Shown here: piece after piece, positions 28,461 through 38,068 of the stretch | Numbering within the stretch: the first letter of the stretch is position 1 | Layout: every line of letters begins with the position of its first letter | DNA from: Spirochaetia bacterium | GTDB taxonomy: Bacteria > Spirochaetota > Spirochaetia > DSM-2461 | Length of the DNA stretch: 64,000 nt | NCBI GenBank assembly: GCA_963668315.1 | Contig: OY764216.1 | Span: 2,432,001-2,496,000, forward strand | Direction of reading: 5' to 3' | Notes under the pieces: generated by a model | Databases searched by the model: none | Seen by the model: only the letters and a program-made list of their open reading frames with translations | Told to the model about the DNA's origin: nothing | Translations under genes and position numbers: made by a program

Positions 28461-29393
28461 ATGGATTATATTCCACAATGGGAGGAGTATCGGATGAAAG
28501 TAATCCAGAAAGGGGAGAGTTTTGAGGAAGAGAGAATTTTTAACATTCCCTCCGACTTTATTCTCAAGAGCTGGGAGCATCCCCTCATCAGAGCGCTCCA
28601 TGTTTCCGACGCGGGATATTTCCCCCGGGCCGAGCACCACTACCGGGAGAGGATGATCGGCATAGAGGAGGCTATCCTCATCTACTGCGCCGACGGTTCG
28701 GGCCACATCGAACTTCCCATGAAGAAGCTCAGGATAGAGAAGGGAACGGCCTTCTGCATTCCCCCCCATACGATGCACCGCTATTACGCTTCGGAAGAAG
28801 ATCCCTGGAGCATCTTCTGGATCCATTTCAAGGGGGAGCAGATGTTCCAATATCCCATAGCCGCCGCGGAACCGGTTCCTCTGAACTCTCCGGCGGTCCA
28901 TGAAAGGCTGCAGGGATATTTCATCCAGCTTTTCGGTGTTCTTGACGGCAGCTATACCCAGGGCAACTTCATCTGCGCTTCAAGCCTGCTGTCGGTCATC
29001 CTGGGCGAAGTCTACTTCCGCCGTTCCGACGAGGCCGTAGACAGACAGCACCGCCTTCTGACCAAGGCGATACAGTACATGTACCGGAATCTGGACAAGC
29101 CGATAGCCCTGAATGAACTGACCGGTTATATGCAGCTGTCAAAAAGTTCTCTCATAGACCTGTTCAACCGACTGACCCCCCATTCGCCCATCGATTTTTT
29201 CATCCGCCTGAAGATTCAGAAGGCCTGCAAAATCCTCCGCCTGACCAATAAGCCGATTAACGAGGTGGCCCGCGCCCTGGGCTTTGACGACCCTTTCTAC
29301 TTCTCCCGCATCTTTAAAAAAATCACCGGCCTATCCCCCCGGGAATACCGGAACGGCGAGTCCTTCTATCAGGGCCTTCCCGGAGAGTTTTGA
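28461..29393 (+). CDS. AraC-family regulator, divergent from the DUF5107-GH2 operon
   Basis: Cupin-type N-domain (PHTMHRYYASEEDPWSIFWIHFKG); LGFDDPFYFSRIFKKITGLSPREYR. Confidence 0.92.
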   Translation: MDYIPQWEEYRMKVIQKGESFEEERIFNIPSDFILKSWEHPLIRALHVSDAGYFPRAEHHYRERMIGIEEAILIYCADGSGHIELPMKKLRIEKGTAFCIPPHTMHRYYASEEDPWSIFWIHFKGEQMFQYPIAAAEPVPLNSPAVHERLQGYFIQLFGVLDGSYTQGNFICASSLLSVILGEVYFRRSDEAVDRQHRLLTKAIQYMYRNLDKPIALNELTGYMQLSKSSLIDLFNRLTPHSPIDFFIRLKIQKACKILRLTNKPINEVARALGFDDPFYFSRIFKKITGLSPREYRNGESFYQGLPGEF

Positions 29394-29467
29394 TACCCGC
29401 CTGAAGAGATGCTTCCCCGTATTGAAAACTTATCCGTATGGGCCTAAGATAAAAGGGGGGTGGATTT

Positions 29468-30139
29468 ATGGCGGCAACGATACTGATCGCCGAGGATGAC
29501 AGGCATCTGTGTCTGCTCATCTCGGAAAAACTGACAACCCGCTATTCCGTGCTGTGCTGCCATGACGGCAGCGAAGCCTGGGAGCAGTTCAGGACGCAGT
29601 CCGTCGATCTCATCATAACCGATATCGCCATGCCCGGAATGAACGGCTACGACCTGGCCCGGAAGGTCCGGGAAAAGAACGGCGATATTCCCATTCTCAT
29701 GCTGACGGCCAACCAGGCCTTCAGTGCCAAGAGAACCGGTTTTTCCACCGGAATCGACGATTACCTGACCAAACCTTTCGATAACGATGAGCTTCTCTGG
29801 AGGGTGCAGGCCCTGCTCAGAAGGGTCGAGATTAAACAGGAAAACCATATCGATATCGGCGGAATCAGGATAGACAAGGCTTCCTATGAGCTGTCCCGGG
29901 GCGACTTTTCCCTCTCCCTTCCCCGAAAAGAATTCGACCTCCTCTATATGTTCCTTTCCGAACCGGGGCGCATTTTCACCAAGCATCAGCTTATGGAAAG
30001 AGTCTGGGGATATGACAGCGACAGCACGGAGGATACCATCAAGACCCATATAAGCCGCCTGAGAAGGAAAATACAGGATTTCCCCGAGCTTTCCCTGGTC
30101 GCCATCAAGGGAATCGGCTACAAAGTGGAGGTAAAATGA
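29468..30139 (+). CDS. OmpR-family response regulator
   Basis: ILIAEDD, DIAMP, DDYLTKPF, winged helix TIKTHISRLR...GIGYK. Confidence 0.93.
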   Translation: MAATILIAEDDRHLCLLISEKLTTRYSVLCCHDGSEAWEQFRTQSVDLIITDIAMPGMNGYDLARKVREKNGDIPILMLTANQAFSAKRTGFSTGIDDYLTKPFDNDELLWRVQALLRRVEIKQENHIDIGGIRIDKASYELSRGDFSLSLPRKEFDLLYMFLSEPGRIFTKHQLMERVWGYDSDSTEDTIKTHISRLRRKIQDFPELSLVAIKGIGYKVEVK

Positions 30140-31194
30140 GAAATTCCGATACAAGAGAGATAACCGTCCGCCGTCTGAGAAGAAGAATGGTCTGGCAGAC
30201 CGTGGGGATCGTCATCGGGGCGGTCTGCATGTTCGAGCTGGTGGAGTACTTCACCCATATCATGCTGCCCTCCCGGAGAGGGGTGGCCTATGATCCCATA
30301 GACGGCATCGGCATGATCGTTCCCATGGCGCTCATCGTCGGTCTGATGTTCCGCCGGACCCTTAAGAACATGAACCGCTATTTCGGAAAACTGATAGACG
30401 GCATCAACGCTGTGGCCGAAGGGGATTTTACCCTGAAGCTCGACCCTAAGGAGGGCGGTCCCTACAGGGCGGTTTTCGAGAATTTCAATAAGATGATCGG
30501 GGAGCTGAGCGGCGTCCAGACATTGAGAGACGACTTCGTCAATCAGTTTTCCCACGAATTCAAAACGCCCATCTCTTCCATCAGCGGTTTCGCCCGTCTG
30601 CTTCAGGAGAAAGAGCTGCCCCCTGAGAAGCAGAGCCAGTACCTGGAAATTATCGGGGAGGAAGCCAACCGTCTGTCCGATCTTTCCGCTTCGGTCATGC
30701 TCCTTACCGAGCTGGAGAACCAGCAAATGATCCCCGACAGAAAGTACTACTCCCTGGATGAGCAGATCAAGGAGTGCGTCATACTCCTCGCTCCCGAATG
30801 GGATCTGAAGAATCTGGAGCTGGACGGGGAGGATCTCATGCCCGTCATCTATCTGGGGAACGGGGACATCATGAAGCAGATGTGGATCAATCTGATCAAT
30901 AACGCCATCAAGTATTCGCCCGAAGGGGGAAAGATCTTCCTGTCTCTGAATAAAAAGGGTCATGAAGCGGTATTCTCCGTGGAGGATCGGGGACCGGGAA
31001 TCTCCGAAGAGGACAGGGAGAAAATCTTTCAGAAGTATTTTCAATCTGCCAGTACGGCAAGAACCGTCTCGTCCCGGGGACTGGGGCTGGGCCTCTCTAT
31101 CGTCAAGCGGATTCTCACCCTCTGCGGAGGCCGGATAGAGGTGGACAGCCGTCCGGAAAAGGGGACCCGTTTTACCGTTTTTCTGCCTTTGTAG
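30136..31194 (+). CDS. HAMP-domain sensor histidine kinase
   Basis: Two TM; FSHEFKTPI; NLINNAIKYS; DRGPGI; GLGLGLSI. Confidence 0.93.
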   Translation: MRNSDTREITVRRLRRRMVWQTVGIVIGAVCMFELVEYFTHIMLPSRRGVAYDPIDGIGMIVPMALIVGLMFRRTLKNMNRYFGKLIDGINAVAEGDFTLKLDPKEGGPYRAVFENFNKMIGELSGVQTLRDDFVNQFSHEFKTPISSISGFARLLQEKELPPEKQSQYLEIIGEEANRLSDLSASVMLLTELENQQMIPDRKYYSLDEQIKECVILLAPEWDLKNLELDGEDLMPVIYLGNGDIMKQMWINLINNAIKYSPEGGKIFLSLNKKGHEAVFSVEDRGPGISEEDREKIFQKYFQSASTARTVSSRGLGLGLSIVKRILTLCGGRIEVDSRPEKGTRFTVFLPL

Positions 31195-31298
31195 TTTTTT
31201 TCTTAAAAAGTTTACCATCCTGTTACCTGCGCTTTTTATATTCTTCCTGTCGGCCGGGAAAAACCCGGTCGGGCCTGATACAGCCGAAGGAGAGATAT

Positions 31299-32168
31299 AT
31301 GAATTACAGCAATAAGGTCGTAGTCGTTACGGGTGCCGGCGGCGGAGTCGGACGGGAACTGGTTCTGTAGCTGCTGGAGAAGGGCGCCTCCGTGGCCGCC
31401 GTGGATATCAATACGGATGCTCTTGAAAAGACGAGGGAGAGCGCCGGCCGCCTCGCGGGGAAGGTATCCCTCCATAGAGCCGACATCACCAGCCAGGAAA
31501 GGGTCGCCCGTCTGCCCGGCGAGGTGCTCGAAGCCCACGGGACTGTCGACGGCCTTATCAATAACGCCGGAATTATCCAGCCCTTCATCACCGTGGCCGA
31601 AATGGATATGGCCATGGTCAAGAGACTCATGGATATCAATTTTTACGCCATGATATATATGACCCGGGCCTTTCTTCCCTTACTGGCCAGAGCGCCGGAA
31701 GCCTTTGTCGGGAACGTTTCCAGCTTGGGCGGCTTCCTGCCCGTGCCCGGACAGAGCATCTACGGGGCATCCAAAGCGGCGGTAAAAATCGCCACCGAAG
31801 GGATGAGAATGGAACTCTCCGATACGAATATCAAGGTCTCCCTGATCCTTCCCGGGGGGATGGAGACGGATATCAAGAAGAACTCCGGCCTGAAAGAGGA
31901 AGAGAAAAGCCGGGAAGAGCAGAAAAAATCGGCCGGGGTCTCCCTGACTCAGCCCGGCGACGCGGCACGGTCTATTCTCAAGGGACTGGAAAAGGGCAAG
32001 GCGAAAATCCTCATAGGCAGGGATACGAAAACTATGGATCTCCTTTCCCGGCTGATGCCTCTGAAGGCGTGTCGGATTATCTCCAGGGTAATGGCGGCCA
32101 ATCATGGGGGAGTTTTCAACAATGCGGGGGATCTCGCCGGTATCAGGCCCGCTTCCCATGCGTCTTGA
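31299..32168 (+). pseudogene. SDR oxidoreductase with an in-frame TAG at codon 24
   Basis: AAGGAG RBS, then MNYSNKVVVVTGAGGGVGRELVL*LLEKGA (TAG 31368-31370), continuing in frame to INNAG and YGASK. Confidence 0.85.
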
Positions 32169-32229
32169 ATAAGACAGAAAAGGCAGGATTCATATTGAAA
32201 ACAGGGAAAGATTGTATTAAATTACACTC

Positions 32230-32496
32230 ATGTACAGAGAGCAAAATGAATGGTACCTGCTGTCCCACGGTTTTCGCCCGGGCGGCGGTTATTTCATTCA
32301 TTACGACAGACGAATCATAGTCTCCGACAGGGTGGTGGAGGATTTTGAACCGGTCAAGCTGAGTCTTCACGTCGAGTCTCTCGATGAGGGTCCGATCTCT
32401 TTCATCCTTTCAGCCCCTCCCGCCGTCGGAATCCCCGAGGATATCATGAGGCAGCTCAACTGGGAAGGGGAGAAGGCTATCCTCATTCTCAAGTAG
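32230..32496 (+). CDS. Small hypothetical protein
   Basis: 88-aa ORF fills the gap between the SDR and ogt; no motif recognised. Confidence 0.45.
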   Translation: MYREQNEWYLLSHGFRPGGGYFIHYDRRIIVSDRVVEDFEPVKLSLHVESLDEGPISFILSAPPAVGIPEDIMRQLNWEGEKAILILK

Positions 32497-32505
32497 GAAG
32501 CCCGA

Positions 32506-33003
32506 TTATCCGTCTGTCCCTAAGGCTCCTTCCCGTTCCAGAAGGGCTTTTTTTCGTTCGATTCCCCCGGCATATCCCGTGAGACTTCCGTCGCTTCCTA
32601 TGACCCTGTGGCAGGGAATGAGGAGCATCAGGGGATTCCGTCCCACCGCACCGCCCACGGCTTGAGCCGACTTGGCTTTTCCCAACTCCCGGGCAATTTC
32701 TCCGTAGGTACAGGTTTCCCCGTAGGGTATGGATCGGAGCCTCTCCCACACCCGCCTCTGGAAGGGAGTGCCCTCCGGGACAAGGGGGAGATCCACCGGA
32801 CGGTTCGAACCGGCAAAATAGTCGGCAAGCCACCTCCGCAGGGACAGGAAATATCCCGCATCGTCCCGTAGTTCCGACAGGTCCGTAAGCTTCCGGGGAA
32901 TTTCAACGGTCATGTACTCTTTGAAGTATAATCCTGTGAGTCCCCGTGAATCGGCAAAGGCCGTTACAGTCCCCAGGGGGGTGGGAATATCCGTTCTGTC
33001 CAT
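32506..33003 (-). CDS. ogt: Methylated-DNA-protein-cysteine methyltransferase
   Basis: GTPFQRRVW, IPYGET.TYGEIA, AVGRNP, active site IPCHRV. Confidence 0.95.
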   Translation of the reverse strand: MDRTDIPTPLGTVTAFADSRGLTGLYFKEYMTVEIPRKLTDLSELRDDAGYFLSLRRWLADYFAGSNRPVDLPLVPEGTPFQRRVWERLRSIPYGETCTYGEIARELGKAKSAQAVGGAVGRNPLMLLIPCHRVIGSDGSLTGYAGGIERKKALLEREGALGTDG

Positions 33004-33099
33004 TCTTTCATCCTCTCAGTTACATCCTATCCCATTTACCGATGAAAAGACAGGGATCTCCCCTTCAAAATATCTTCCCCATTGTATATATTTAATTAA

Positions 33100-33639
33100 A
33101 TGAAACTTAAGGTGATACTCCTGCTCCTTATTCTGCCCTATGCATTATTCTGCGCCCCCGATTCACGGAAGCAGATCTTCTCCCTGGACCTGGACTATGC
33201 ATTGACCGGTGTATTGAACAGGGGCTGGGGACTGGGCGTTTATTATGACAGGGAGATCATCCCCTCCCTGACGGCGAAAGGGGGATTCGGCCACATGACC
33301 TTTCTGGACCGCCATGGCGATTTCACCTGCACCACGGTAAGCGTGACCTTGGCTCTGAACTATTATCCCTTCGGACCCGCTTTCGAAGGGATATACGGGG
33401 GAATCACAAACGGGGCGGATTTCGTCGAATATCTTGATGATAACGAGTTCGACACCGAAGACACGGTCATCTCCTTTATTCCCCATCTGGGATGGAAGAT
33501 CAGAATAAATGATACATTCATGGTCGATCTCTATACGGGCTACAAGTTTTCTCCCTTTACCGGCATATCCCGCAGGGACAGAAATGAGTTTCTTAATATG
33601 GGAATGCAGTATAAAGCGGGATTGAAGGTTTTTCTGTGA
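33100..33639 (+). CDS. Exported small beta-barrel-like protein
   Basis: Signal peptide; alternating aromatic/Gly beta-strand pattern; ends YKAGLKVFL. Confidence 0.6.
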   Translation: MKLKVILLLLILPYALFCAPDSRKQIFSLDLDYALTGVLNRGWGLGVYYDREIIPSLTAKGGFGHMTFLDRHGDFTCTTVSVTLALNYYPFGPAFEGIYGGITNGADFVEYLDDNEFDTEDTVISFIPHLGWKIRINDTFMVDLYTGYKFSPFTGISRRDRNEFLNMGMQYKAGLKVFL

Positions 33640-34769
33640 CATTCAGTTTCTCCTTTCTGACTCTGATGCTTTTTCTCGGGTTCGGCCAGGCCGCGACAAT
33701 ATCGGGTATCCTTATCTTCCGGCGCAGCAGAAGGGAGAAGGGCGATAACCTTCTCAATATCCTTTTTTTCCTTACCCTGTATCTCTATCTGACCGACCTT
33801 CTCATCCCCACGGGGATCTACCGCATGGTTCCCTTTTTCCTCTTCACCGATTTTCCTGTGCTTTTTCTTGTACCGCCGATACTCTTTCTTTATGTGAAAA
33901 AAATGGTGGGCGCCCGGAGCCTCCTTAAGGGAAAGTATTTCCAGACTCTTCACTTTATTCCCTTCGCCGTTATCGCCTATTCCCATCTGCCCCATATTTT
34001 CATGTCTTCAGCCGATAAGATACGCCTCTTCCAGGATAATACGATTCCGCCGCCGCGCCTTCTGGGAATAGATATGACTCTTCTCGGGCTTATCCAGTAT
34101 CTTCTCTATTTACTGGCATGTTTTTACATGGTTTCCTCCTACCGGAGGAAGAACCGTTATGAATCGGGGCAGATCCGAAAAATCAGAAATATTCTTCTCT
34201 TCTATCTCATTATCCTTATCTGTCTGTCCGCATCCTTCTACAATCTTCTGAATTACAAGTACTATCCGCAGAGAGATTTTTCCTATCTGCGCCTTATTCT
34301 GGATTTCCCGATTTTTGTTATCTGCATCTACAATTACATCCTCCTGATGTCCGGGAGCCAGCCTGTTGAACCGGCGAGAGAACCGGGGGAGAAATACCGG
34401 AAGTCCGGCCTCAGCTCCGGGGAGAACCGGAAAATCTTTGAGACGCTCTGCCGGATTATCGAAAAGGAGAAACTCTGGTCCGACCCTGATATGGATCTCA
34501 GAGCCCTGGCGGAGAAAACGGGATATTCCTATCACCATCTCTCCCAGGTGATTAATCAGTCGGCTGGAATCAACTATCACTCTTTTATCAACCGCTACCG
34601 TATCGGAGAGGCCTGCCGTCTGCTGGAAAGTACGGAAATGACCGTTCTTGATATTGCCTTCACTTCCGGATTTAACTCAAAGCCCACCTTTAATAAAGTC
34701 TTCAAGGAAGAAAAAAACTGCACTCCCACCCAATACCGGGAAAATCGGAGAAAAAAAACATCTCAATAG
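33636..34769 (+). CDS. Membrane-embedded (about 7 TM) AraC-family regulator
   Basis: Hydrophobic N-terminal two-thirds; KYRKSGLS linker; IAFTSGFNSKPTFNKVFK...TPTQYR. Confidence 0.88.
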   Translation: MTFSFSFLTLMLFLGFGQAATISGILIFRRSRREKGDNLLNILFFLTLYLYLTDLLIPTGIYRMVPFFLFTDFPVLFLVPPILFLYVKKMVGARSLLKGKYFQTLHFIPFAVIAYSHLPHIFMSSADKIRLFQDNTIPPPRLLGIDMTLLGLIQYLLYLLACFYMVSSYRRKNRYESGQIRKIRNILLFYLIILICLSASFYNLLNYKYYPQRDFSYLRLILDFPIFVICIYNYILLMSGSQPVEPAREPGEKYRKSGLSSGENRKIFETLCRIIEKEKLWSDPDMDLRALAEKTGYSYHHLSQVINQSAGINYHSFINRYRIGEACRLLESTEMTVLDIAFTSGFNSKPTFNKVFKEEKNCTPTQYRENRRKKTSQ

Positions 34770-34859
34770 GGTCTCATCCTATCGGATGGAACGATATCGC
34801 TCCTTTTTTATCTTAATCTCTCCTGAAAACCAATCTCAGGTGGGAAGAAGGAGTTTTGC

Positions 34860-36674
34860 ATGGATAAAAAGAAAGAAGTAAAATCGGAGAAAGCTATATC
34901 CCGAAGGGATTTTCTCAAGGGAACCGCCGTCGGTATCGCCGGCGTTACCGTCGCCGGAGTGGTAACCGGCTGCGCTCCCAAATATACAGAGCCCTCTTCC
35001 GGCCAGGGAGCGGACGAAGTTTCCGGCGCTTCCGAAGCCGTCCATACGGGGGGCGTCAACGCCGACTGGCTGGGGAAAGCCCCGGTCATTCCCGAATCGG
35101 AAATAAAGGAGACCGTCGAGTCGGAAGTGGTCATCATAGGCGGAGGCCATGCCGGGCTTCAGGCTGCCTGGGCCCTTTCCAAAAAGAACATTAAAACCAG
35201 TGTTATCGAACCCCAGTCCCGGGAAGAGTACCACTGGATCGGCGAGCAGATAGGACACTTCAATTCCCGGTTCCTGATCGATCAGGGTTTGGGCCCCTAT
35301 GACGAAGGGGAGATTATCAACGAGTTTATGAAGTGCAGCGCCAATCGTGTGAATCCCGCTCTCATCTCCCAATATGTCAGAAACTCCGGGCGCATGTTTG
35401 ATCAGTATTACGCATTCGTACCCAAAGACAGCCCCTATCTCAATGCGTTGAATGTGCATCAGGCCTACGGCAAACCCTCCTATCCCATCGAGCGCAGCGG
35501 CTATAAGACCTGGTCCGGCTGTGCCCAGTTCCGGGGAGAGATTTTTTCCGAGCCCATGAAAGGAGTGGGAGCCAATTCCCAGCTGCCCTTCATCAACAGA
35601 ATGATGGTGGACGACTGCGAATCGCGGAGCGTTAAATTCTATAACGGACATACCGGCGTCGTGCTTGAGAAAGAGGGCGGCCGGGTTACGTCCTGTATCG
35701 CTCAGAACTCCGGCGGATATGTCCGATTCAAGGCATCGAAAGCGGTTGTCCTGACAGCGGGCGATTTTGCCGGCAACGCCGATATGTGCAACGCCCTCAT
35801 TACCGAGGTGGCCGAACAAGCCGCGCTCAGAGGGCAGGATCCGGCCAGCATAACCGGCTGGGGCAGGAAGGGTGACGGACACAAAATGGGCATCTGGGCA
35901 GGTGGGCGGATGGAAACCAGCCCCCGGGCCAGCATGACCATGGGGGGCGCCGGAGGACCCTTCGGCATGACGCCCTTTCTTGTTCTGAACAAGAAGGGAA
36001 AGCGGTTTATGAACGAGGATATCGCCATCGGCCAGCCTCCCGTAATCAACAGACAGCCTCTGGGAGCCATCTGCTGCGTTATGGATAAGAACTGGCTGAG
36101 GATCATGCGCAAAAACTCTGTCAACCACGGAAACCCCGACTTCGCCGTACCCGAGTTCATTGAACAGGCCGTAGAGGATATGGAGCATGTCGTTGCTGCC
36201 GGGAAAGATGGGTATGGCGTCAGGAATACGGCTATCACCGAGAGAATGCGGGGGACCGTCTACGGCGCCGAAAGCCTGGAGGAACTGGCCGATTACCTGG
36301 GTTACGCCGGGGAGGATAGGACGAATTTTCTCGCCAGCATCGAGCGGTATAACGAACTCTGCCGCAAAGGCCACGATGACGATTTCGGCAAGCCCGCCGA
36401 TGTCATGCAGGCCATTGAAACGGCTCCCTTCTACGGCTACCGGTCGGACAATACCAGGGCAAGCGTCGGACTGGTCACCCTTTCGGGACTTGTCACGGAT
36501 GATGACTTCAATGTTCTTGACGGGGAAGGTAAACCCATCGAAGGATTATATACCGCCGGAAACTGTCTGGGGGGCCGTTACGCCGTGGCCTATGCGACTC
36601 CTGTGGCGGGTAATTCCATCGGCATGGCCATGACCCACGGGATGCTTCTGGGGGAACAGCTGGCCGAAGCCTAG
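34860..36674 (+). CDS. Tat-exported lipoprotein flavin (FAD_binding_2) oxidoreductase, substrate unknown
   Basis: SRRDFLK twin-arginine; VVTG-C lipobox; IIGGGHAG; GKRFMNED; DDDFGK; IEGLYTAGN; DEVSGAS in the linker. Confidence 0.88.
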   Translation: MDKKKEVKSEKAISRRDFLKGTAVGIAGVTVAGVVTGCAPKYTEPSSGQGADEVSGASEAVHTGGVNADWLGKAPVIPESEIKETVESEVVIIGGGHAGLQAAWALSKKNIKTSVIEPQSREEYHWIGEQIGHFNSRFLIDQGLGPYDEGEIINEFMKCSANRVNPALISQYVRNSGRMFDQYYAFVPKDSPYLNALNVHQAYGKPSYPIERSGYKTWSGCAQFRGEIFSEPMKGVGANSQLPFINRMMVDDCESRSVKFYNGHTGVVLEKEGGRVTSCIAQNSGGYVRFKASKAVVLTAGDFAGNADMCNALITEVAEQAALRGQDPASITGWGRKGDGHKMGIWAGGRMETSPRASMTMGGAGGPFGMTPFLVLNKKGKRFMNEDIAIGQPPVINRQPLGAICCVMDKNWLRIMRKNSVNHGNPDFAVPEFIEQAVEDMEHVVAAGKDGYGVRNTAITERMRGTVYGAESLEELADYLGYAGEDRTNFLASIERYNELCRKGHDDDFGKPADVMQAIETAPFYGYRSDNTRASVGLVTLSGLVTDDDFNVLDGEGKPIEGLYTAGNCLGGRYAVAYATPVAGNSIGMAMTHGMLLGEQLAEA

Positions 36675-36697
36675 GGGCGGAGACATGGTTTCCGGAT

Positions 36698-36731
36698 ACC
36701 GTCGGAAGGAACCTATTCTTCCGGCGGTTTT
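36698..36731 (+). terminator. Terminator-like hairpin between the reductase and tatC
   Basis: ACCGTCGGAAG / CTTCCGGCGGT followed by TTT. Confidence 0.55.
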
Positions 36732-36818
36732 AATCAGACAAAATAGAAAAATCTAGAAAGACGGTTTCTCTGTTTCTGTGGAGAAGAGAGACGCCGTCCT
36801 TGAGCAGGAGTTTCCTTT

Positions 36819-37568
36819 ATGGGAAAAAGCAGAGACGAGATGCCCCTCCTGGAGCATCTGAAAGAGCTCCGCCTGAGAATATTCGTTTCTCTCTTTGGTA
36901 TTATAGCAGGATCGGCGGTGTGCTTTTCCTTTTACGACAGTTTTTTCTCCTTTCTGTTTCAGCCCTTTGCGGTACTTGAAGAGACCATGGGGGAACGGCT
37001 TTTCATCAATTTCATCTACGAGGGATTTCTTATCAAATTTAAACTCTCTCTCATCGCCGGAGCGGTTGTTTCATCCCCCATCCATCTGTTCAATATACTT
37101 GCTTTTCTCTTTCCCGGACTGAAGGGAAAAGAGCGCTGGATTCTCGGGGTGTGCCTGGTGGCGGCGGTGCTTCTCTCCTTTCTGGGTTTTTTTTACGGCT
37201 ATCTCTATATCATACCGATCTCCATCAACTTCCTGACGGGCAGCGGTTTTATACCCGAAGGGGTCGGGATGATTCTGAGTTTCGATAAGAATATATTCTA
37301 TATACTGCGTTTTCTGCTGGGGGGGATTCTGGTCTTTCAGCTCCCCATTATTCTGGAAGTCCTGCTTATTATGAATCTGGTGAGCAGAAAGCAGCTTCTC
37401 AAGGTAAGCCGATTTGTCATCCTGGGGACTTTCCTGCTGGCCGCTCTTTTCACCCCCCCCGATTTCGTGTCCCAGATAGCCATTGCCGTTCCGCTTCTGG
37501 TGCTTTTTTTTCTGGCTCTGCTCATCGCATACATATTCAATTTCGGAAAGGAAGACATACATGCCTAG
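36819..37568 (+). CDS. tatC: Twin-arginine translocase subunit C
   Basis: MPLLEHLKELRLRI, FLFPGL, FQLP, AALFTPPDFVSQ. Confidence 0.93.
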   Translation: MGKSRDEMPLLEHLKELRLRIFVSLFGIIAGSAVCFSFYDSFFSFLFQPFAVLEETMGERLFINFIYEGFLIKFKLSLIAGAVVSSPIHLFNILAFLFPGLKGKERWILGVCLVAAVLLSFLGFFYGYLYIIPISINFLTGSGFIPEGVGMILSFDKNIFYILRFLLGGILVFQLPIILEVLLIMNLVSRKQLLKVSRFVILGTFLLAALFTPPDFVSQIAIAVPLLVLFFLALLIAYIFNFGKEDIHA

Positions 37569-37794
37569 TATCGGATTGTCGGAAATACTTGTTCTGGCCG
37601 TGATCGCCCTGCTCGTTATCAAGCCGAAGGATATACCTTTCATCGCCAGAAAGGCGGGACGGCTTCTTCGTAATTTCAGGGATTATCAGAACATGATTAG
37701 GAAGGAAATGGATTCGATCGTGAACCTCGAAATCCCCGATGAGGGAGGGGAAGAGGGAAAGGGTCATAAGGAAGATAAGACCGTCGGGTCTTAA
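37561..37794 (+). CDS. tatB: Twin-arginine translocase TatB-like subunit
   Basis: MPSIGLSEILVLAVIALLVIKPKDIPFIARKAGR; start at 37561 overlaps the tatC stop. Confidence 0.8.
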   Translation: MPSIGLSEILVLAVIALLVIKPKDIPFIARKAGRLLRNFRDYQNMIRKEMDSIVNLEIPDEGGEEGKGHKEDKTVGS

Positions 37795-37835
37795 ACATAA
37801 AAATTATCGCATAAATATTTACAGGAGGGTCAAAT

Positions 37836-38054
37836 ATGATAGGGACCACGGAAATAGTCGTTATAGCCGCAACAGGCATGATTTTATTCGGAGCTTCGGC
37901 CATCCCGAAATTCGCCCGCTCCATCGGACAGGCGAAAAAGGAGCTGGAGAAGGGAATGAAGGAAGGCTATGAAAAAGAAGACGAAGACGTCACAGCCGCC
38001 GTTGAAGAGACCGCTGAGTCAAAATCGTCCAAAAAAAGAAAGGTTAAAGCATAA
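37836..38054 (+). CDS. tatA: Twin-arginine translocase subunit A
   Basis: MIGTTEIVVI...LFGASAIPKFARSIGQAKKELEKG; RBS AGGAGG. Confidence 0.88.
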   Translation: MIGTTEIVVIAATGMILFGASAIPKFARSIGQAKKELEKGMKEGYEKEDEDVTAAVEETAESKSSKKRKVKA

Positions 38055-38068
38055 CGGAGGAGATCATC

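Noticed and set aside
31368..31370. Genome-wide TAG reassignment or pyrrolysine
   Set aside because: TAG is a normal stop for several genes here and no pyl genes are in view.
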